DNA of 64,000 nt from Candidatus Woesearchaeota archaeon (GTDB taxonomy: Archaea > Nanobdellota > Nanobdellia > Woesearchaeales > GW2011-AR9), in NCBI GenBank assembly GCA_018696595.1, contig JABHQW010000003.1, forward strand, positions 64,001-128,000, written 5' to 3'. Of this stretch, positions 10,733 through 18,100 are shown piece after piece. Positions within the stretch are counted from its first letter, which is position 1; every line of letters starts with the position of its first letter. The position numbers and the translations under genes are program-made. Below the pieces are notes generated by a model. That model saw nothing but the letters and a program-made list of their open reading frames with translations. It had not been told where the DNA came from and did not search any database.

Positions 10733-10909
10733 TCAAACATCCTTGCCCATTACTGTTCTTCTACCGTTTTCTTTAGCTCTTTTAGCGGCATCAATAATCA
10801 GCTGTTTAACTCTTTCATCTAAACGATCGATAAAGTCTCCAGAAACATTTTCTACTCCTAACTCTGAATCTTTAAGAATTTCTTTAATTTGTGTTCTTAC
10901 TGTTAACAT
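10733..10909 (-). CDS. Small histone-fold protein (DUF1931 / face-to-face histone-like), 58 aa, absent from the ORF track
   Basis: Hand translation gives MLTVRTQIKEILKDSELGVENVSGDFIDRLDERVKQLIIDAAKRAKENGRRTVMGKDV*, with the histone RxTxxxxD motif and NVSGDF loop. A TATA box lies ~25 nt upstream. Confidence 0.88.
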   Translation of the reverse strand: MLTVRTQIKEILKDSELGVENVSGDFIDRLDERVKQLIIDAAKRAKENGRRTVMGKDV

Positions 10910-10961
10910 GTCTTTTTGTAAGAAGGTAAGGTTTATAAATATTTTCTTAATTATTTAATGT

Positions 10962-11312
10962 ATGGAATACCAACATTTAGGTGGCGGAGACTATTTAGTA
11001 AAGATTGATGAAGATAAGATTGAGAGGGTTATAGAAACAATGGCAGAAAAATCTTACTTAACTGCTAAATTAAAAAGAGAATCATTTTCTGGGGATGATT
11101 TAGTTTTAGACGATTTTATAGTTTATTCTTCAGATCACACAAAAGTAATTGGTTTAAACATGGGGTTAATTAATCAGCGTCAATGTTACACAAAATTACA
11201 AAAAATGATTGCTGGTGATGATTTTATTTTTCGTGGTAAGTATTTTGAAAAAGGCGGTCGTGACCCAGAACAATTTTTAGATTCTATTGTTCAAGAAATA
11301 GAAAATAAATAG
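10962..11312 (+). CDS. Hypothetical protein
   Basis: 116-aa ORF divergent from the histone gene, sharing the TTTATAAA promoter region. Confidence 0.55.
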   Translation: MEYQHLGGGDYLVKIDEDKIERVIETMAEKSYLTAKLKRESFSGDDLVLDDFIVYSSDHTKVIGLNMGLINQRQCYTKLQKMIAGDDFIFRGKYFEKGGRDPEQFLDSIVQEIENK

Positions 11313-11385
11313 GTGAGCAGCGCCAATGGAGGCGCATTTTTTCCACTGTTTAGGAAAAAATATAAGGCGCCGTGCCCTGCTCACC
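11312..11385. ncRNA. Unidentified 74-nt GC-rich cloverleaf-like structured element
   Basis: GGTGAGCAG/CTGCTCACC 9-bp closing stem, GCGCC/GGCGC hairpin, ATTTTTTCC/GGAAAAAAT 9-bp hairpin and GGC/GCC mini-hairpin, all intergenic. Confidence 0.5.
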
Positions 11386-11425
11386 ATAGAAAGTAATAAA
11401 TAATATTATATTCTTACATTAAATT

Positions 11426-11827
11426 ATGACTCCCTGTATCTTTTGTAAAATCATAAACAAAGAAATCCCTTGTCATCAGATTTATGAAGATGAAAATTTC
11501 TTAGCTTTTTTAGATGTTTATCCGCATGCGAAAGGACATACTGTAGTTATTCCAAAAGAACATGTTAATTTAATCTCTGAATTAAATAATGAGAAAAGTA
11601 AAGAGTTAATGGTTATTGTAAAGAAAGTAATGAAAATTATTGAAGATAAACTTAATCCTGATGGGTTTAATGTTGGTTGGAATTCTGGCGAAGTAGCAGG
11701 ACAAGTTGTTCCCCACTTACATCTTCATCTTATTCCTCGCTATTCTGGGGATGGTGGCGGAAGTATTCATTCTATTATCAAGAACCCTGGTGATTTATCA
11801 GTAGAAGAAGTAGCTAAACTATTTTAA
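11426..11827 (+). CDS. HIT-family nucleotide hydrolase
   Basis: CIFCKII N-terminus, GHTVVIPK, HLHLHLIPR histidine triad. Confidence 0.95.
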   Translation: MTPCIFCKIINKEIPCHQIYEDENFLAFLDVYPHAKGHTVVIPKEHVNLISELNNEKSKELMVIVKKVMKIIEDKLNPDGFNVGWNSGEVAGQVVPHLHLHLIPRYSGDGGGSIHSIIKNPGDLSVEEVAKLF

Positions 11828-11868
11828 TTCATAAATATTAAATATTTCAACTTCTTTCATTAAATAAA

Positions 11869-12132
11869 TTGGATTCTCTGGCGGCAAGAGTTGTACCAAA
11901 ATTTTACCCGTTTAAGTACCACACTTTAGAAGATATTGCGGGTATGGTTTATGATCATCAGATTGGGTTTGGTCAAGGTGCTGATATTATTGGGGATTTA
12001 CTATCTAAAAGGTATCCAGGCGTCGTTAATTATAGGGATATTCAGGAATCTTTATTTGAGAAATCTAATGACAACAGAGATTATTTCAGAAATATGTATG
12101 ATTTTGGTAAGGCTTTGGAAAGATTAGTCTGA
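11869..12132 (+). CDS. Hypothetical protein
   Basis: 87-aa ORF with TTG start; no motif. Confidence 0.45.
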   Translation: MDSLAARVVPKFYPFKYHTLEDIAGMVYDHQIGFGQGADIIGDLLSKRYPGVVNYRDIQESLFEKSNDNRDYFRNMYDFGKALERLV

Positions 12133-12136
12133 TTTT

Positions 12137-12152
12137 AGGAAATCTTTATAAT
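12137..12152 (+). promoter_or_regulatory. Archaeal BRE/TATA promoter of the tRNA pair
   Basis: AGGAAATC-TTTATAAT, ending 25 nt before the first tRNA base. Confidence 0.7.
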
Positions 12153-12177
12153 ATACTTAGTTATTTTCTCTTTAAAT

Positions 12178-12383
12178 GGCGAAGTAGCTTAACCTGGCAC
12201 GAGAAAGCTCAGCTTTCTGGGCTCCCCTGTGGGGAATTATAGCGCCACGCTCATATATAAATGAGCTATGAGGCATTTATGCTGATGACTAAAGCTTATT
12301 GGGTTACGTGGAGGTTGGGGGCTCAAATATCTCTTAGAGAGACCACAAATCTTTCTAAAGATTTGAGTGTCCCCCCTTCGCCA
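12178..12383 (+). tRNA. trnM: tRNA-Met(CAT), probably elongator, with three introns (D-loop ~12198-12236; 37/38 12256-12305; 59/60 12328-12369)
   Basis: Acceptor GGCGAAG/CTTCGCC+A, anticodon stem CCACG/CGTGG with loop CTCATA|A, T-stem GGGGG/CCCCC. Removing the three inserts gives a 75-nt cloverleaf. BHB helices are CTCA/TGGG (37/38) and CTCA/TGAG (59/60). D-loop intron boundaries are less certain, and Ile2(CAT) is not excluded. Confidence 0.88.
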
Positions 12384-12390
12384 TACTTAA

Positions 12391-12529
12391 GCCAACGTGG
12401 GACAATCTGGTACTCCGCAAGACTGGAACAGATTTTCAATAAGATCTAGCGATCTTGTTTGCTTCGGCATTTCCCGGTTCAAATAGAATCTAAGAATTAT
12501 CTTGGTTCATGAAAGTCCGGGCGTTGGCG
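12391..12529 (+). tRNA. trnS: tRNA-Ser(GGA) with two introns (37/38 12429-12451; 59/60 12484-12515)
   Basis: Acceptor GCCAACG/CGTTGGC+G discriminator, anticodon stem CAAGA/TCTTG, long variable arm TGC-TTCG-GCA, T-arm CCCGG-TTCAAA|T-CCGGG. BHB helices are CTGG/CTAG and TTCA/TGAA. Confidence 0.92.
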
Positions 12530-12530
12530 C

Positions 12531-12550
12531 TTTTCTTTTCTTTTCTTTTT
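12531..12550 (+). terminator. Oligo-T terminator after the tRNA pair
   Basis: TTTTCTTTTCTTTTCTTTTT directly 3' of tRNA-Ser. Confidence 0.6.
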
Positions 12551-12665
12551 CACTCCTTTAAGTAACAGCTATAACCCACCTCTAGTTAATAGTAAACTTA
12601 TTACCACTATGTAATGCTAAAAGATAGAAATCTTTATAAACTATATAAATTCTCAATATAAAATC

Positions 12666-15050
12666 ATGAAAAGATCACTATTAGAACGGTTAGTTGGAGT
12701 AACTAAAGAAACTGTTAGAAATCTTAAGAAACCAGCATCAATGCTTGCATTAGGATTGGCTTTATCTTATGCTGCTCCCGCTTGTAGTTTTACTGTGGAT
12801 AGGCCAGAATTTGTTCCCCAAGATACTCAAGAAGATGTTTACGAAGATCAAAAAGATATCTCTGGTGATAATTCCATTGATGGTTCTGGCGATATAAATC
12901 CTTTTGATAATAAACCAGATTGTGAAAATCCACAGACTTTCTACTTTGATAATGATGGAGATACTTTTGGAGATGCATATGAAACTGAAACATTCTGTTC
13001 AGAGAAAGAAGCTGAAATTAACGGTTTTGTTCCAAATCCTTTAGATTGTGATGATGAAGTAAATTATATTCATCCTGATGCAGAAGAACTTTGTGATGGT
13101 TTTGATAACAATTGTGATTTTAATATCGATGAAGGTTTAGAAATTCTTGCACAATGTTATAAAGATTTTGATGATGATGGTTTTGGCGTTGAAGATGATA
13201 CCTTTGGAACTTGTATGTCAAGTTGTGGTGAAGGTTATGCAAAACATTCCGGTACAAAACCCTTTGATTGTGCAGACGATAATGATAAAGTTTTTCCAGG
13301 AGCAGAAGAAGTTTGTGATTTAATTGATAATAATTGTGAGAATGGAAACAATGAAGGTTTTGAAAATTTAGATTATTATCCAGACGTAGATGGAGATAAT
13401 GCTGGTAATATGTATGCAGAAGCAATTAAGTTCTGTAAAGAACCAACTGCTGAAATGAAACCTGCTGGTATGGAAGATGTTGAATATGTTCCAAATGCAA
13501 CAGATTGTGAAGATGGGGATCCAACTATAAATTTGAATCATCCCGAGATTTGTGACGGAAAAGATAATAATTGTAATGATGAAATTGATGATGGTGCTCC
13601 ATTATTAGATTATTTTAAAGATAATGATGGTGATGGTTACGGAAACGAAGCAGACGGAACTTGGGAAGGTTGTGGTTCAAAGCCGGGTTATGTTACTAAA
13701 GGTGGAGATTGTAATAATGAAAATAATGCAATTCATCCATTTGCAGAAGAAATTTGTAACGGTTTAGACGATGATTGTAATAATTTAATTGACTTAGAAG
13801 ATGGGTTGGCTTCAATTATTTGTTATGTTGACGACGATCAAGATGGATTTGGTTTGTCTGATTACTCTTTAGAAACTTGTGAAACAGAATGCCCTCCGTT
13901 TACATCTAAAACTGCAGGAGATTGTTACGACTTAAGTGATGCAATTCATCCTTTTGCAGAAGAAATTTGTAATACTTTAGATGATAATTGTAATGGTTTA
14001 GTTGACGATGGTTTAGAAGATGTTCAAGCATGTGATGTTTATAATAACAATATGAATGGGTTGCAAACAATTGATTGTAATGCTGAAACTGGTGTTTACG
14101 AACCTACTAGTGAATGTGATGATCCTGATGAATGTGCCCCTCAACCACAATTAAATTTGAAACCTTGTTCAACAGATGTTGGAGTTTGTGAAGAGGGTCA
14201 TGAGAAATATGATTGTGAACAGGACGATGAAGGAAATTATATTGAAGTTCTTGTTGAAGAATGTGATGGAGTTATGCCAGGAGTAGAAGATTTAGGATTA
14301 GAAGGATGTACTGTTGAAGATCTTAATGGTTTAGATGATGATTGTAACGGATTTGTCGACGAAATATGTAATGCTTATATCCCTGCTGGAATATTTAATA
14401 TGGGTTGTAATCCTACTTTTAACATTGGTTGTAATGGAGATAATGCAGATCATGCAGTTATGTTAGATGATTATGAAATTGGGATGCATGAAGTTACTAA
14501 TGCACAATACTTAGCTTGTATTCAAGCTTTAGCTTGTTCAGATTCTGCAGGTGGTTCTAAAGTAAATGATCCCGCTTATGCAAATCATCCAGTAACAAAT
14601 GTAACTTGGCAACAAGCAAAAGATTATTGTGAACACGCCGGTGGGAATTTACCTACAGAAGCACAATGGGAAAAAGCTGCTCGTGGTGAAGATAGCTGGC
14701 AAATGTTTCCTTGGGGAGATAATTTACCAAATTGTAATTTAGTAAATTATAACATGTGTGTGGGCGAAACTACAGAAGTTGACGATTATGAAGATGGCGT
14801 TTCTCCATTTGGTTTGTTTAATATGAGTGGAAATGTTATGGAATGGGTTGGAGATTGGTCTAGTGCTTATCAACAAGGTTTCCAAGAGAATCCTACTGGT
14901 CCAGAAGATGGGGTTCAGAAGGTTGTTCGGAGTTCAAATTATTCAGACAGTGAAGAATTTGTTACAACTTATCAAAGAAATGGTATAGGTCCCAGTATGA
15001 ACAAAGCTTATATTGGTTTACGTTGTGTTACAGAACCAACTGATGAATAA
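12666..15050 (+). CDS. Secreted/anchored protein with Cys/Asp-rich putative metal-binding (MopE-like) repeats and a C-terminal FGE-sulfatase (C-type-lectin fold) domain
   Basis: Signal-like N-terminus; five full repeats and one partial repeat of D.DGDG.G...DC.D....IHP.AEE.C.G.DN.C.G..D; C-terminal HEVTNAQY, HPVTNVTWQQAKDYC, LPTEAQWEKAARG, GLFNMSGNVMEW, IGLRCV. Confidence 0.88.
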   Translation: MKRSLLERLVGVTKETVRNLKKPASMLALGLALSYAAPACSFTVDRPEFVPQDTQEDVYEDQKDISGDNSIDGSGDINPFDNKPDCENPQTFYFDNDGDTFGDAYETETFCSEKEAEINGFVPNPLDCDDEVNYIHPDAEELCDGFDNNCDFNIDEGLEILAQCYKDFDDDGFGVEDDTFGTCMSSCGEGYAKHSGTKPFDCADDNDKVFPGAEEVCDLIDNNCENGNNEGFENLDYYPDVDGDNAGNMYAEAIKFCKEPTAEMKPAGMEDVEYVPNATDCEDGDPTINLNHPEICDGKDNNCNDEIDDGAPLLDYFKDNDGDGYGNEADGTWEGCGSKPGYVTKGGDCNNENNAIHPFAEEICNGLDDDCNNLIDLEDGLASIICYVDDDQDGFGLSDYSLETCETECPPFTSKTAGDCYDLSDAIHPFAEEICNTLDDNCNGLVDDGLEDVQACDVYNNNMNGLQTIDCNAETGVYEPTSECDDPDECAPQPQLNLKPCSTDVGVCEEGHEKYDCEQDDEGNYIEVLVEECDGVMPGVEDLGLEGCTVEDLNGLDDDCNGFVDEICNAYIPAGIFNMGCNPTFNIGCNGDNADHAVMLDDYEIGMHEVTNAQYLACIQALACSDSAGGSKVNDPAYANHPVTNVTWQQAKDYCEHAGGNLPTEAQWEKAARGEDSWQMFPWGDNLPNCNLVNYNMCVGETTEVDDYEDGVSPFGLFNMSGNVMEWVGDWSSAYQQGFQENPTGPEDGVQKVVRSSNYSDSEEFVTTYQRNGIGPSMNKAYIGLRCVTEPTDE

Positions 15051-15122
15051 ATTTCTAAATAATTTTTCTTTTTAAAATAAGTATCTTTATATAAGATAAA
15101 AAAATACTTTTTATTAGTATAT

Positions 15123-18100
15123 ATGTACTTAGACAAAAAAGGGGAAGTTGTAGTAGTAGTTATTATAGCTCTTGCTGTAATTATTTCTAGTTTTTTCGCT
15201 ATAAATCAAATTTCTGATGGTAATATGGTTACTGGGGCAGCAATTGGTTTAGGTAATATTAAAACTCAAGCATCTTGTGGGGATACAATTACTTCTAGCA
15301 CTACTTTAACAGAAAACTTAGGACCTTGCTCAAACTTAGATGGGTTGATAATTGGAGCAAATAATGTTGTTTTAGATTGTGCTGGTTACAAAATTATTGG
15401 AGAAAATGATTTAAATAAATACGGGGTTAAAAACCCTCAATACAATCGAATTACTATCAAGAACTGTTCCATTACAAACTTTTCTATCGGTATCAGTTTT
15501 AGCAGAGACTCATTACTATCAACAATAATCAACAACACTTTATTCACAAACACAGATGGTATTTATATCTTTAATTCAAATACTACAACAATAATAAATA
15601 ACACCATTAAGAATCAAACACAGCACGGTCTTTGGTTAGTTGGAGTTGGAGATGGCTTAATAATAAATAACCTAATAGAAAACAATGGAATTAGTGACTT
15701 AACTACAAAGAACGGAATAAATATAGACTTTGGAGATTATTCTTCAAATTTAACTTTTATTAACAACACACTTTACAACAACTCAATAGCAATAGAAGCA
15801 AGTGTAACAGAGACAAGATTCTATAACAACAAATTCAATTACACGCCAATTATAAATGGTAACGCAGTAACTATCTGGAACACAACATATGATAACACAA
15901 CAAAGAACATTGTCTACGGAATCTCAACCGGTGGTAACTGGTGGCATAATTATACTGGAAACGATACTAACGATGATGGTATTGGAGATGATGCAAACTA
16001 TTCTATTACTGCCACTTACAAAGATGAAAGACCGTTAGTTTCTGTTTATCAATTTACGAAACCTAATAGTGCAGCAACATTCGCCGATAACTTAAACATC
16101 AATAGCACTTTTAACTCAACTAACCCAATGACATCTGGAAGTAACCATTCAACAAGGCAGAATATTACTTTCTTTAATAGTACAACTAGAAATAAATATT
16201 TTACAGTTGAAGCATACTTTAATCAGACAGTTGGCCTAGGTTCTATTAGATTCTATAGGAACCTAACTGCAGAAAATAATGTAGTTGCCATTGCTGTTGA
16301 TATCTCTTCTGCTACTGGAACAGCACCTACACACACCACTTATCTTTTCAATAATAATTCCGGAGATGGGGTTACAGTTTGTTCTTTTGCAGAAACTTTA
16401 ACAGCTACAAATCTTAGTTGTGAAAACCGAACCCAGATAACATCACAAAACATTACAGACGCAGTTTCTATAAAAAACGTTACAGTTAGTTTAGATGGAG
16501 ATTATTACAAGATAGAAAATCTTTCAGGGACAGGTGTTCTTCTAGGATCAAACACTAGCCTAGTTATCTGGGATGAGACCGATACAAACGTACGTTATGG
16601 AGATGCATTAAGAAACCCAGATGCTAACACTTCGTTCTTTGCAAATTATACCAGTTCTTTAGGAACTGCAATTACTAATGGGAATTGTACAATTACTTAT
16701 AATAATGCCTCCGCTTTCCAAATGCCCTATGATTCTGCTAAAGAACTATTTGTTGCTAATGCTAGCAACTTTAGTGGAGGGATTGAAGAATGGAATGTAA
16801 CTTGTTTTGCTTTATACCGCCACACCATGTTCTTAAACGATAGTGTTAACATATCCACTTGTCCCCGTTATGTTAACAATGATTATACATTAACTATTGA
16901 CCACACCGCAACAACTGATTGTTTAATTATTAATGCTAGTAACGTTACAATTAACGGTGCGGGATATTCTATTAATGGAAATGGAACTGGGACAGGGATT
17001 TTGTCAACTGCTTTTAGAAACATAACAATTCAAAACATTAATGTTTTCAATTTTAGTTATGCAGTATTTCTTAATCTTTCAGATAACGTAACAATCAGTA
17101 ACAGCAACTTAACTGAATTTATAAATTATGGTTTACTTTTAACAAATACAAATAATTCTTACTTTTCAGATCTTAATATCACAGGAAACCAAGGAGTTTC
17201 ATCTGCACTTTATGTTCTTTATAATTCCACTAACAATAACTTAACAAATTGTGAACTTTCATCCACTAATCCAGATGTGGCGGCTAATCATCAAGGACAA
17301 TTATATTTACTTAATAGCACTTTTAATCGAAACAATATGCTTGTTACATCTATAGGAAATGTTTTTGTGCAATGGTATTTACAATACAACATTACTGCTG
17401 CCGACGGTTCACCAATCCCTTCTGCTATAGTTAATATTACTTACAATTCTACTATCACAAATTTCTCATTCCCTGTAGATGATGAAAGTTTAACTACAAA
17501 AATTATTGCTACTGAATTCTTTAAAAATTCTACAAATACAACTTATGAAACTCCAACCAGAGCAATCGCTTATGCTTTTGGATTCTTACAAACTATAAAT
17601 TATACAAACTTAACTCAAACTAATTCTACCTTAAAACAAATGAACCTTAGTTTAATTCCTCAAGCACCTAACAACGATTGTGGTACATATACAACTGATA
17701 TTGTTTTCTCAGGTGGAATTACATATGCTAATTCTACTATTTGTATAACTGTAGGTGCCGATAATATTGTCATTAATGGAAATGGATCAGTAATTTATGG
17801 TAATCATAGTTCTACCGCCTATGGACTTTATGCTTTATTGAAAGATAATGTCACGATACACAATCTCACATTAATCAATTTTACTAATTATCAAGTTTAT
17901 TTAGCAGGTTCAAATAATTTCACTTTTTACAATTCTTCATTTCGTGCTAATGACACTAATAATTTAGGATTCTTTTTGTATTATTCAGATGACAATAATA
18001 TTACCAACAATACAATCTTTACAGAAACCACAAATGGTTATGGTTCTTATTCATATCGTTCTCATAGAAACCTTTTTTCCAAAAATAGAATCACAACAAA

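Noticed and set aside
11312-11385. tRNA-Sec, tRNA-Pyl or HDV-like ribozyme
   Set aside because: No TCA or CTA anticodon, no TTC T-loop or long variable arm, and no P1.1/P4/J4-2 elements.
12256-12305. C/D-box guide RNA inside the tRNA-Met anticodon intron (CTGA, TGATGA, ATGAGC complementary to the anticodon loop)
   Set aside because: The boxes overlap and are not in C...D order, and the sequence 5' of CTGA pairs with the intron's own start rather than a target.
14920-15050. 3' end of the FGE-domain gene as a DGR variable repeat
   Set aside because: No reverse transcriptase or template repeat was seen in the window, and many codons end in A rather than the NNY pattern expected from AAY template codons. 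A remote DGR cannot be excluded.
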